A stretch of DNA of 63,493 bases, counting the filler, from Octopus bimaculoides (Eukaryota), in NCBI RefSeq assembly GCF_001194135.2. It is 9 parts of 8 records of this genome, joined end to end, with 100 filler letters (N's around TTAATTAATTAA, not from the genome) between each part and the next. Parts side by side here need not be neighbours in the genome. Positions count along the whole stretch, not along the records: positions 7,033 to 22,535 come from NC_068996.1; positions 22,636 to 24,000 come from NC_068989.1; positions 24,101 to 31,853 come from NC_068984.1; 6 more parts are not named here. The stretch is one strand, 5' to 3'. Each line of letters starts with the position of its first letter. Within the stretch, counting starts at the first letter, position 1. Position numbers and translations under genes: made by a program. Under the pieces are notes generated by a model. That model was not told where the DNA came from and did no database searches. It saw only the letters and a list, made by a program, of their open reading frames with translations. Shown piece by piece: positions 13,139 to 25,489 of the stretch.

Positions 13139-13848
13139 TGTCTTTTTTTTCTTCTTTCTTCAAATTTTCTTCCATTTCTCGCCGAGTGTTTTCCGTACAC
13201 CTAGGGCAGAGAAACTCGTTGTATGCATTCCCAGTTTACACGTGCAAATTCACAGGTAAAACATGTATTTAAGAAAACAAAAAAAAAATTCATGAATGGA
13301 TGTTGTTTTCACAGCGATAATGCTCTTCTCAGTACATGAGTCGTTCCAGTTAGCACGATTTTTTTGCATTTCCTGTAGGGATGGTANNNNNNNNNNNNNN
13401 NNNNNNNNNNNNNNNNNNNNNNNNNNNNNNNNNNNNNNNNNNNNNNNNNNNNNNNNNNNNNNNNNNNNNNNNNNNNNNNNNNNNNNNNNNNNNNNNNNNN
13501 NNNNNNNNNNNNNNNNNNNNNNNNNNNNNNNNNNNNNNNNNNNNNNNNNNNNNNNNNNNNNNNNNNNNNNNNNNNNNNNNNNNNNNNNNNNNNNNNNNNN
13601 NNNNNNNNNNNNNNNNNNNNNNNNNNNNNNNNNNNNNNNNNNNNNNNNNNNNNNNNNNNNNNNNNNNNNNNNNNNNNNNNNNNNNNNNNNNNNNNNNNNN
13701 NNNNNNNNNNNNNNNNNNNNNNNNNNNNNNNNNNNNNNNNNNNNNNNNNNNNNNNNNNNNNNNNNNNNNNNNNNNNNNNNNNNNNNNNNNNNNNNNNNNN
13801 NNNNNNNNNNNNNNNNNNNTTATACCATTTGTCAGCAGTTTTGAGAAG
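13139..13848 (-). mobile_element. R4/Dong-clade LINE 3' fragment (RLE domain end and 3' UTR), spanning an N gap
   Basis: LLKTADKWY before the gap and KIVLTGTTHVLRRALSL* after it (stop at 13309-13311), then a 3' UTR ending in (TAA)n. Confidence 0.75.
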
Positions 13849-14131
13849 CCCAACGCCGAATCTCGTCGGCCGCGCCGGTCGTCGAGAGCTGTGGCGCAAG
13901 GGTCGTACACGGTCGATCGTTTCGCCCGGCTAGGTTCGGAGTCCCCTCGATCGGGGCTGCCCAGAGCGGGTGCCAGGCCCATTCGGAGCCGGCGGCGATT
14001 GGCGGTGTTTCTTTTCGGCCCGAGAGTCGGGTTGCTTGGGAACGCAACCCAAAGCGGGTGGTAAGCTCCATCCAAGGCTAAATACGGGGACGAGTCCGAT
14101 AGCCGACAAGTACCGCGAGGGAAAGTTGAAA
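13845..14131 (+). rRNA. Dispersed 28S rRNA 5' (D1-region) fragment, about 290 bp, non-functional
   Basis: Contains conserved LSU core sequence AGCCCAACGCCGAATC...GAGTCGGGTTGCTTGGGAACGCAACCCAAAGCGGGTGGTAAGCTCCATCCAAGGCTAAATAC...CCGATAGCCGACAAGTACCGCGAGGGAAAGTTGAAA. Both ends are abrupt and there is no ITS2 or other rDNA context. Confidence 0.9.
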
Positions 14132-14165
14132 CAACACACAGCTCATCACAGCCCATAACACCACA
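14130..14165 (-). mobile_element. 36-bp terminus of the same LTR family as 12311-12599, inverted
   Basis: Reverse complement tgtggtgttatgggctgtgatgagctgtgtgttgtt versus 12320-12355 tgtggtgttatgggctgtgatgaactatgtggtgtt: 33/36 identical. Confidence 0.7.
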
Positions 14166-14354
14166 CTTATTTTGAAGGGAATTTTAAATACTCACAGGAT
14201 ATTGTATATATTCCAGTCTTTTAGAGTTATTATTTTTTTTTTGTTCGCCGTTGTCCAGCTGGGTCATATTAGTGTTTCTATGGCTTTCAGCTACTGAATG
14301 GTCAGAGCAGCGAGGAACACGTCCATATTATTATTATTATTATCATCATCATCA

Positions 14355-14390
<36 letters not shown>

Positions 14391-14567
14391 NNNNNNNNNN
14401 NNNNNNNNNNNNNNNNNNNNNNNNNNNNNNNNNNNNNNNNNNNNNNNNNNNNNNNNNNNNNNNNNNNNNNNNNNNNNNNNNNNNNNNNNNNNNNNNNNNN
14501 NNNNNNNNNNNNNNNNNNNNNNNNNNNNNNNNNNNNNNNNNNNNNNNNNNNNNNNNNNNNNNNNNNT

Positions 14568-15905
<1,338 letters not shown>

Positions 15906-15935
15906 TTAACATACACGACATGTTGGGACGCTACC

Positions 15936-15964
<29 letters not shown>

Positions 15965-15967
<3 letters not shown>

Positions 15968-16324
15968 GTTATTTTATGTTTGACTTTTGTTTTGCATTTG
16001 TACAAGTTGGATCCAAGTCTCACCCAGAGACCTCAAGAGACAAGTTAGAAGTTCATGTAGGTGTTATGCCTAGGGTACCATATATTTGGATTTGTACATT
16101 TGGATTTGTACTAGAGAATGTTTAAGAAACCATAAGAAAATTGTGTTTGTTTTAAAATTTGAGATCACATAGACAGTATTTTACGTAGGATATGGGCAGT
16201 TCCTATGAGCACTATCTTTTGAACTTCAGCCATTTTGGGGTTTTCTGGTATCTGAGCTAGGTAGTAATCAGCCCGTTTCGCTGTCATTCCCAGGGCACCT
16301 ATGACAATAGGTATTGTTTTAGTC

Positions 16325-16325
<1 letters not shown>
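15965..16325 (-). mobile_element. R4/Dong-clade LINE, short 3' fragment
   Basis: Same 3' UTR as 15167 (ccaagtctcacccagagacctc) and ORF end EVQKIVLIGTAHILRK. (TTA)n on both sides. Confidence 0.85.
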
Positions 16326-16390
<65 letters not shown>

Positions 16391-16639
16391 GTAGTAGTAG
16401 TAGTAGTATTAGTAGTAGTAGTATTAGTAGTAATATTAGTAGTAGTAGTAGTATTAGTAGTAGTAGTAGTAGTTGCAGCAGCAGCAGCGGCAGCAATTCT
16501 ATATTAAATGACGTGAATTCAATGAGATTTTAGTTCGAATTCTGCCAATTTTCCTTCTATATCCTGTTTATCGAAATTCGATCAAAGATATAAATCATTA
16601 AATGGAATAATTTATTACTTCACTATGATATAGAGGAAT

Positions 16640-17900
16640 AGGCTTAGCCCGACCACGGTCTTTGTAATCTGATGCAGATTCAGAGGGAATTAACTTTCTT
16701 CCTGAACGTCTGAAAATTTGGTGGTGGTAGAAAAAGACATCCTGCGAGGCAACAGTAGATGTGCAATGAAAATAGCAAGTAGAAACTGGCATAGGGGTCA
16801 TTGCGGAACCTATGGATTAAACACAATATGGATGATGGGTCAAGAAATAGCGTGTGAATTTGGAATTACCTAAATGGAGGTGTCCACCAAAAGGTCCAGT
16901 CCTTTCTGCAGTCTTGTGGCTTGTATGCATCATCGATCTTGCAAGGAGCTATGCCAACAGAGTTCGAAGCTTCTGATAAGACCTCTTATACTTGGTATGT
17001 CAAAGGGCAGAGAGCAAACTAATACGGATCACTTCTTCCTGGCGTTAAGAAGGGGTTTCTTAGGGTTAATAGTTGTATTTAAACAAAAGAGAAAAGTTAG
17101 AGAAGCATCGATGTTACTCCCAAAGCAACAAGACGTGGGAGTGAAAGGTTTTCTCTGAGGGAGAAATATGACAGGGTGGAGCAAAATCCGAAAAAGGCGG
17201 AGCTGAAAAAAGCAGGTAACCAACTGGAGAAAAGCACAAAAGGCAGGCCAGTGTTGAAAACAGTGGAATAAAGTCGTCAGAGAATTATGTTCCACAGGGA
17301 GCGAAAGGCTTAAGTAAACAAAAGAAGAGGATCGGTTAACCCCCCCCCCAAAAAAAAAACAAAAAAAACTGACAGCTGTAGTAGAATAAAGAAAGCCAAA
17401 AGGACGAGGCATCATGTTTGGCTAGATATGCGTTTTGGTCAGTGACTTCGTAAAAATCAATCCAGTTACATTTAGTTATTATTTTGTTGAGGAAAAATGG
17501 TGGTGGATATATTCAAAATGTCACTGAGTACAGTAACAGCCCTGTCACAATTGTGAGTGTCGTATTTCACCATGGCACTTACCAAAGTGGTTCTGAAGTG
17601 GAGAAGTAATTTTGGGATTGCTTAGGAATTCCCCTCTCCTTGACAATGGACACTGGTATATGTAATAATTGGGTAGAGGAAGGAAGGAAAGAAGGTGAGT
17701 GCTTAAACTGGAGTGTGGTGTCATTTACGAATAACTGACTGTTGATGGAGGTGAAGATAAAAGGATAGTCGATATTTACGATGGAATTGATGGTGTGTAT
17801 AAAGTGAGGAGCCGCCGGAGAACATCAGAGAGAACAGAGTACCGGTGATAATGGGCTCCATAAGAACATGCCACAATTGCGTTATTTGACAAGAAGACGT
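16640..17900 (-). mobile_element. Highly degenerate CR1/Jockey-group LINE RT remnant (tentative)
   Basis: Weak translated motifs only: VEHNSLTTLFHCF (cf. VWH..L..KL), GSNIDASLTFLFCLN (cf. GS.L.P.LF..FIN), LFVNDTTL (cf. FADDTTL), FQTFRKKVNSL*. Confidence 0.4.
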
Positions 17901-17924
17901 AGATCCAAGAGATGAAAGAGAGAG

Positions 17925-17957
<33 letters not shown>

Positions 17958-17993
17958 TCTAGCTGATAGACAAGCAGTTTTGTTTTATATATG

Positions 17994-18047
<54 letters not shown>

Positions 18048-18218
18048 CACACTAAAAAATNNNNNNNNNNATATATATATATATATACACACTAAAAAAT
18101 GTATGTATAAATCCACAAACACAGTCACACATCTATGCATATAGATGACTATACATATACATATATATATATACATACACTTACACACACTCACACATAT
18201 ATACATATAGATGACTAT

Positions 18219-18277
<59 letters not shown>

Positions 18278-19023
18278 NNNNNNNNNNNNNNNNNNNNNNN
18301 NNNNNNNNNNNNNNNNNNNNNNNNNNNNNNNNNNNNNNNNNNNNNNNNNNNNNNNNNNNNNNNNNNNNNNNNNNNNNNNNNNNNNNNNNNNNNNNNNNNN
18401 NNNNNNNNNNNNNNNNNNNNNNNNNNNNNNNNNNNNNNNNNNNNNNNNGTGAAATAGATACATATATACAAACATGCATACATGCACTTATACTTATTCA
18501 CTTATATTTTTTTCGGTTGTTTTTGTTTTTCTTATTTGAATTTTGATTTACTTCGAATTAGAAAAAATATTTATCTACTTGTGATCTTCTTAAGTTTCGT
18601 ATGTAAAAATAATAGTCAAACAAATTGACAATTTTCTTTTTATTTTCTTAACTTTATTTGGAAACATGAGATACAAGTGAAAATGTTTTCAATTAATTAA
18701 CAAGTTCATAATTTAGCCATAGGTGTATAGAAGACAAGATATCTTTTATTCAGGAACTATCTGGAATGGTATTTGAGGAGATAAATCAATGTTTAGCTTA
18801 GTTACATTATCAACCGCCGACACCTTCCATTGTTTATATTTTCATTTCTTTAATGGATCTGGTTATTTCAAAAGCTTGGCTCACTTCAAAATATTCAACT
18901 ATTATTTAATACAAACAAGGGAAAATCAACTCAGACATACGAACTTGTACACAGTCACTAGCCTCCCTCAAACAATCGAATGTAAAGAAATACACACACT
19001 GACACAAATACTCAGCACACACG

Positions 19024-19060
<37 letters not shown>

Positions 19061-19061
19061 C

Positions 19062-19408
19062 ACAAGGATATCCAGAGGTAATGCAGTACGATCGTTTCAT
19101 GCAACTCCATTTAATTGAACAATGCAATCATTACATCAATTTAAAATGCAGAGCAATCTTTAGCTGCACAAAGACATATAATTTAAATTAAATTAGAACA
19201 GATGGACACATTAGTATAAATATATCTAAAATCTCCAAGAAGTTAAGGAGATAAACAAAGAACATGTTGTCTCACTCCAGTTTAGAAGTTACTCTAAACT
19301 GTGCAGCTGAAGATTGCTCTGCATTTTAAATTGATGTAATGATTACATTGTTCAATAAAATGGAGTTGCATGAAACGATCGTACTGCATTACCTCTGGAT
19401 ATCCTTGT
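19062..19408. mobile_element. Fold-back/MITE element with 109-bp terminal inverted repeats
   Basis: 19062-19170 versus the reverse complement of 19300-19408: 106/109 identical, with a 129-bp spacer. Confidence 0.9.
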
Positions 19409-19540
19409 TGCTTATTTTGATTTTAATCACCTTACTTTGAAATTGTATGGATAATACCGTACTAAATTCTGGTGCCTCAACTTAAGTACCATATTCATCT
19501 GAATCTAAATTTTTGCTGAACTCATCTACTATACCCAAAG

Positions 19541-19574
<34 letters not shown>

Positions 19575-19926
19575 TGTATGTATGTATGTATGTATGTATG
19601 TATNNNNNNNNNNNNNNNNNNNNNNNNNNNNNNNNNNNNNNNNNNNNNNNNNNNNNNNNNNNNNNNNNNNNNNNNNNNNNNNNNNNNNNNNNNNNNNNNN
19701 NNNNNNNNNNNNNNNNNNNNNNNNNNNNNNNNNNNNNNNNNNNNNNNNNNNNNNNNNNNNNNNNNNNNNNNNNNNNNNNNNNNNNNNNNNNNNNNNNNNN
19801 NNNNNNNNNNNNNNNNNNNNNNNNNNNNNNNNNNNNNNNNNNNNNNNNNNNNNNNNNNNNNNNNNNNNNNNNNNNNNNNNNNNNNNNNNNNNNNNNNNNN
19901 NNNNCACACACACGCACACACACACA

Positions 19927-19957
<31 letters not shown>

Positions 19958-20041
19958 GTATGTGTACTTCGAGACATTTTTCGCAGAGGCAGTTATAATT
20001 GTCCCTCGTTATTGTAATTTTAGTATATCATAACTAAACAG

Positions 20042-20185
20042 GGTGGCGAGCCGGCAGAATCACTAGGACTTTGCCTTTCATCCTTTCAGGGTCGCTAGAT
20101 TAAGTACCAGTTGCGTACTGGGTCGATCTAATCGACTGGCTCCTCCCTCAAAATTTCGGGCTTTGTGCCTAGAGGAGAAACGAGT
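20042..20185 (+). mobile_element. SINE family B, internally deleted
   Basis: Head ggcgagccggcagaatc and body actttgcctttcatcctttc..taagtaccagttgcgtactgg, shared with copies at 27483, 41913 and 53657. Confidence 0.75.
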
Positions 20186-20259
20186 ATATCATTACTAATC
20201 ATCTGATAAGCTGACTTGCCAACGTTTTTATATTTTGTCATTCCAGATTGAAGTAATAA

Positions 20260-21380
20260 CACTTTGAACACACCTGATGAAGCTCTGCTTGTCGCAGCTC
20301 ACTGGTTTGCAGAATACAGCCAGGACGTTTGCAAGTTCGATAGACAATGAAGTTTTGTGTTAAACTGGGTAAAACAGTTACAAAATCTTATGAAATGCTT
20401 GAGAGGACTTACGGATTAAGATGTACGAGCCGAGCATCTGTTCTTCGTTGGTCCAAGTGCTTCAAGGACAATGAAGAGAAAGTAAGAGACGATGTGAGAG
20501 ATGGAAAGGGGTGGAGAGAGAGTTGGTTGAGAAGATTCGTTTGAGAAAATACTGGATGATGACCTTTGTGTTTATACAAAGAGAATGCAGGAGTGCCTGT
20601 GTGGTAAGAAGCTTGCTTCCCAATCACATGGTTCCGGGTTCCGTCCCACTGCGTGTCACCTTACCCAAGTGTCTTCTATTATCGGCTCGGGCCGACCAAA
20701 CACTTGTGAGTGGATTTGGTAGGCGGAAACTGAAAGAAGCCCGTCGTATCACTTGACAACCGATGTTGGTGTGTTTACCACCCCCTTAATTTAGCGGTTC
20801 GGCATAAGTGACCGATGGTATAAGTACCAGGCTTACAAAGAATAAGTCCTTGGGTCTATTTTATTCGAGTAAAAGATGATGCCTCAGCATGGCCGCAGTC
20901 AAATGACTGAAACGATTAAAAGAACAAAAGAATAAAAGAATATACTTTGGAATTAGTGTTACAACTGAACATAGAATTATTCATAAAGATCTGAACATGC
21001 ACAAAATTTGTGCAACCAGGGTGCTCGGGTACAAGCATCCTGATAACCGACTACTTCACAGAGATGAGCATCAAAAAAGTCCTTCACCCTCCCTACAATC
21101 CAGACCTTACTCCCTTTGGCTTTTGGTCGTTCCCTAAATGGAAGGAGAACTTCAGGGACAGCAGTTTTGAACATTAAGGAGGCCATGACGAGGGCCCCGA
21201 ACATCTTCACTTTGAAGGATTTCCATGGGGGTTTTCATGAAGTGGCTGGGGGCGCTACAACAAATACATTTATGTCAGCGCATCCTACTTTGAAGTAGGA
21301 AATTAGAGTTTTGTACTTCTTTGAAATTAATAAATGTCACACCTGAAAATGTCTCAAAACTTCAAGAATGCACCTTGTAT
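20260..21380 (+). mobile_element. Mariner fossil, internally deleted and interrupted by a SINE
   Basis: KFCVKLGKTVTKSYEML..SRASVLRWSKCFK (HTH), then after the SINE HKDLNMHKICATRV and HPPYNPDLTP (YSPDLAP motif). TIR-like end aatgcaccttgta. Confidence 0.8.
20586..20940 (+). mobile_element. tRNA-derived SINE family A, near full length
   Basis: Head gcaggagtg.ctgtgtggtaag..ggttccgggttccgtcccactgc and tail catggccgcagtcaaatgactgaaac. At least 8 copies in the window. Confidence 0.85.
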
Positions 21381-21530
21381 ATATGCGTGTATATATACAC
21401 GCTACACACATACGATGATTACGTCATCTTGTCAGATGTTAGCCGTCTCACATCTAACCTGATTGTTATGATTTACTTCCATACATGCATGTGCGCGGAC
21501 ATGACTTTACAGGCCGGCTAATGACATACA

Positions 21531-21750
21531 TACGAGGGGTCCTGAAAAGTTCCTGGCTTTAAGGGTGTCGCGAAAAGCATTGCTGAAGGCCCAACCTTCC
21601 GAGTTCTTTTACAGGGCTTAGAAAAATTGAAGTACCGCTGCAATAAGTGTGTGAGTCTCAGAGGAGAATATGTTGAATAAAATCATAATTAACTTATCGT
21701 CCCTTATTTTGTTTTAACTAAAGCCAGGAACTTTCCAGTACCCCGTCGTA
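21531..21750 (+). mobile_element. Mariner-derived MITE, 220 bp
   Basis: About 30-bp TIRs (tacgaggggtcctgaaaagttcctggcttta / taaagccaggaactttccagtaccccgtcgta) with TA ends. Retains the transposase tail LEKLKYRCNKCVSLRGEYVE*. Confidence 0.85.
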
Positions 21751-21764
21751 GTATCAAGCAGAAA

Positions 21765-22250
21765 TGACATCTGTTATTTTGTGCCTGCACAGAATTAATT
21801 TCATGTGTTAGTGGTAGTTGTTGTTGATGATGAACCTGGAGGTGGCGTTTTAGACCAGGATTGGTCTTGCATGTCTTGTTGCACAGCGGACATGTAGTAG
21901 GGCCTGGAGGTGCCGGCAGTGCTGTCACACGATCTATCTATGCCCTCTGATTCTTATGAAACTTCAGGTGGTTCACATACCCTCATTTGCCGAGAAGAAC
22001 ACGTCAAATATTAAAGTTCTAGTTATCTGTCTTACAAGTGAGTCCTAATTCTTCTTTCCATTCATCCAACATTTTACATACTGACATAATTGTTGTTCCC
22101 CAATTTGAGAGATCCAGTTCTTCCTCCCTCAAATGATTTTCATACCCTCCAGGTTCTCCATGATGCTGTCTTAAAACCTTGTGGCCTTTTTCCTTGAACA
22201 TATTTACCAATTCACCCAAGAAAATTTTCTTTCGGAGCCTCTCAACATTT
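21765..22250 (-). mobile_element. RTE-type LINE 3' remnant (post-RT region and terminal C2H2-like finger)
   Basis: ERLRKKIFLGEL (cf. RLPKKI.YGEL) followed downstream by CPLCNKTCKTNPGLKRHLQVH. RTE ORFs often end in such a finger. Confidence 0.55.
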
Positions 22251-22497
22251 ATGTACACCCCCACCACACATATGTATATGTATATGTTTATATACATATA
22301 TATGTATATGTATATGCATATATATATATATATATTCAAATGTTTTTTACCGAAAAAGGTTTTTTCATACCGAGCTACCCGGCAAAATTGTTAATTATTA
22401 ATTTTATTACTAATTGACGATTCCCTGCCCTGCATATCTATATATATATATATTCATATAAATATATATGCATATATATATGTATATATATACATAC

Positions 22498-22535
<38 letters not shown>

Positions 22536-22650
22536 NNNNNNNNNNNNNNNNNNNNNNNNNNNNNNNNNNNNNNNNNNNNTTAATTAATTAANNNNNNNNN
22601 NNNNNNNNNNNNNNNNNNNNNNNNNNNNNNNNNNNATATATATATATATA

Positions 22651-22958
22651 GGCGCAGGAGTGACCACATTGTTCCAGGTTCAGCCCCACTGTGTGGCACT
22701 TTGGGCCGACCAAAGCCTTGTGAGTGGATTTGGTAGACGGAAACTCTGTGTGTGTGTGTGTGTGCCTGTGTTTTCCCCCTCACCATCGCTTGCCAACCGA
22801 TGCTGGTGTGTTTACGTCTCCGTAACCTAGCGGTTGGGCAATAAGTGACCGATAGAATAAGTACTAGGCTTAGAAAGAATAAGTCCGGGAGTCGATTTGC
22901 TTGACTGAAGGCGCTGCTTCAGCATGGCCGCAGTCAAATGCCTGAAACGTGTAAAAGA
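22651..22958 (+). mobile_element. SINE family A with internal deletions
   Basis: ggcgcaggagtg head, ccgaccaaagccttgtgagtggatttggtagacggaaac body and the same tail as 20586. Confidence 0.85.
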
Positions 22959-23214
22959 GTACATCTATGTATGTATGTATGTATGTATATGTAAATGTGT
23001 GTATCTATCTATCTGCCTGTCTGCCTGTCCATCCGTCTGTCTATCAATCTATCTATCTATGCCTGTCTGTTGTTCTGTTTGTCTGTCTGCCTGACTGTCT
23101 GTCTGTTGGTCTGTCCGTCTGTCTATATATATATATATATAGACAGACAGATATATATACATACACCTATACACACACGTCTCCCAAAGTTCTTATCACG
23201 TAGCCACACCTTTT

Positions 23215-23692
23215 ATCTTTCACTTGTTTCAGTCATTAGACTACGGCCATGCTGGAGCACTGACTTGAAACAGTTTTCAGTCGACCAAATCGGTTCCAGT
23301 ACTTACATTTCTTTTTAAAGTCGGCTACCATTTATATCGGTATCTTTTGCCGATCCACAAAGTTATAGGGATGTAAACTCACCAATACCTGTGGTTAAGC
23401 GGTGGTGAGAGACTAACACACACACATACACACAGACACACACCCACAAACACACACTCACACACACATACACACACAGACATACACACACAGACATACA
23501 CACACAAATATATATATATATATATATATAAATATATATGACGGGCTTCTTTTAGTTTCCATCTAGCATGTCCACTCCCAAGGCTTCGGTCGGTTAGAGG
23601 CTATATGATAGAAGACATTTGCCAAGGTACCACGCAATGGGACAGAACCCGAAGCCATATGGTTGGGAAGTAAGCGTCTTACCACACAGGCA
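23215..23692 (-). mobile_element. SINE family A
   Basis: Reverse-complement similarity to 20586-20940, with an expanded internal (CA)n/(TA)n. Confidence 0.8.
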
Positions 23693-23726
<34 letters not shown>

Positions 23727-23795
23727 TGTGGATGTGTAAGGAAACTTGGATAGCGAAAATGCGTATATATTTGTATAACTTATAGTGTGTGCATG

Positions 23796-23826
<31 letters not shown>

Positions 23827-25489
23827 ATAAATTTGTGTTTACTTTTGTGCTTCTGTGCGCCAGAGGATGTGCACGTATATGTAGGTGTGTGTATGTGTAT
23901 GTGCCGTCGCGCGCGCGTGTGTGTGAGTGTGTGTGTCTGCGCGCGAGGGTTCGATGATGTGACGTGAGAATGCTGTGTGTGACAGGCAGCCATTTCCAAC
24001 NNNNNNNNNNNNNNNNNNNNNNNNNNNNNNNNNNNNNNNNNNNNTTAATTAATTAANNNNNNNNNNNNNNNNNNNNNNNNNNNNNNNNNNNNNNNNNNNN
24101 TATATATATATATATGTATGTATGTGTGTGTGTGTGTGTGTGTTTGTGTGTGTGTTTGTGTGTGTGTATGTGTGTGCGTGTGTGTGTACTATATATCTTT
24201 ATGTATTCATATGTATGTTCTGTGTTTAAAGAGCCTATGTCTTTCACTAACCTTTCTTAATTGCTCAAAATGTTTTTTCCTCTTCTCTTATATTTTCCAG
24301 ACTTAAAATAACGCTTGTTGCTCCCGACAGATATTTATTTCCTAAAGCTTGTCTTACATTTGTGGCAAAGTTCGAAACAAAAGCGCTTGAGGATTTGTGC
24401 AACGAATGCAGTTAGAAAGATCCACTACTACTAGTGTCACTCGGTTATGTATGATGGGAATCTGAAACTTACAAATTTAATGCGTATTAATTCTAATCCT
24501 AAATCAAATTATTTTTATATTTTTATAAAATTTCAACTAACCTCTCTGACTATTGTATTAAATATGTAAGCAAAACTTACAATGAAATCAAAATATATTC
24601 TTCAACAAAGATCTCTATAGGGTTCGAAAATATTAAATTATATGAATTTATCCTGACTTTTTAAACGATGTTAACACTTCAAAATTTACACGTATTTCGC
24701 ATAAAAGTAAGATTCTGATTAGCACTGAAACTAAGTGAATGAACATATTTATTACAAGAACTAAGGTTTATTTGAAAGAATTCATGTATGTCTAGATACT
24801 ACACAGCGTGCACTCTTAGTTGGTGGAACAAACTGGATTTAGTTTAGTTACAATAGTTTGGAAAGCTGGATATATTTCGCTGTTTATAAAAAGCGCTCGT
24901 TTGATTTTATATCGAACATGCTTACTTCAAATACATTTTATGAAATCCTGGTGCATGACTATTATACATAGGAAGGTTTGACAGCAACCTGACTTTTCTG
25001 AACCATTTGAAGATTCGAATAATCACAAAAAACACATAATTTCGATGTACACTACGCAGTTTCGGTATATGAATGCATTCGAGATTTCTTTTATACATTT
25101 ATTAGTTTCATAGACATATTTGGTGATAACTCCGACTGAATTCTGATAAGTTGTTGCTCAATATTAGAGCATACGATCCTCAACAATACCAGATTAGATG
25201 TACCATATCAGCTTTGAAGTTTTGTCTTTTTCTACCGTTACTCAAACTACTACAGTCATCTGAAATAATCCGTACTATTTTTTACTTAATCTCCAACAAC
25301 ATGACTACTAAAAGCATAGAATATTAATTCAAATCTGGAGCTATTATATTTTGAACATTAGTATTATGGTATTGAAGGTAAGAGAATCTAATGATGAAAG
25401 TGTATACCTCTATTCTAGTTATAAGGTCTGCTAATCTAACGGAGGCCTCAAAAGACATTTTAAGATCCACATAGATCAGAACTTAACTG

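Noticed and set aside
13845-14131. A functional rDNA unit, or an R4 insertion at its canonical 28S target
   Set aside because: Only about 290 bp of the 5' D1 region is present, with no ITS2 or remaining 28S. The canonical R4/R2 sites lie in the 3' half of 28S.
16947-16959. 13-nt match to the 3' half of miR-31 on the minus strand
   Set aside because: The seed region is absent and there is no hairpin. Chance similarity inside a probable LINE remnant.
18030-18100. Direct duplication of (TA)n-cacactaaaaaat on both sides of a 10-N gap
   Set aside because: This is the typical unmerged contig overlap.
21820-21900. C2H2 finger (CPLCNKTC...LKRHLQVH) as an exon of a host zinc-finger gene
   Set aside because: It is a single finger with no TGEKP linker and is collinear with an upstream RTE-like fragment, so a LINE 3' end explains it better.
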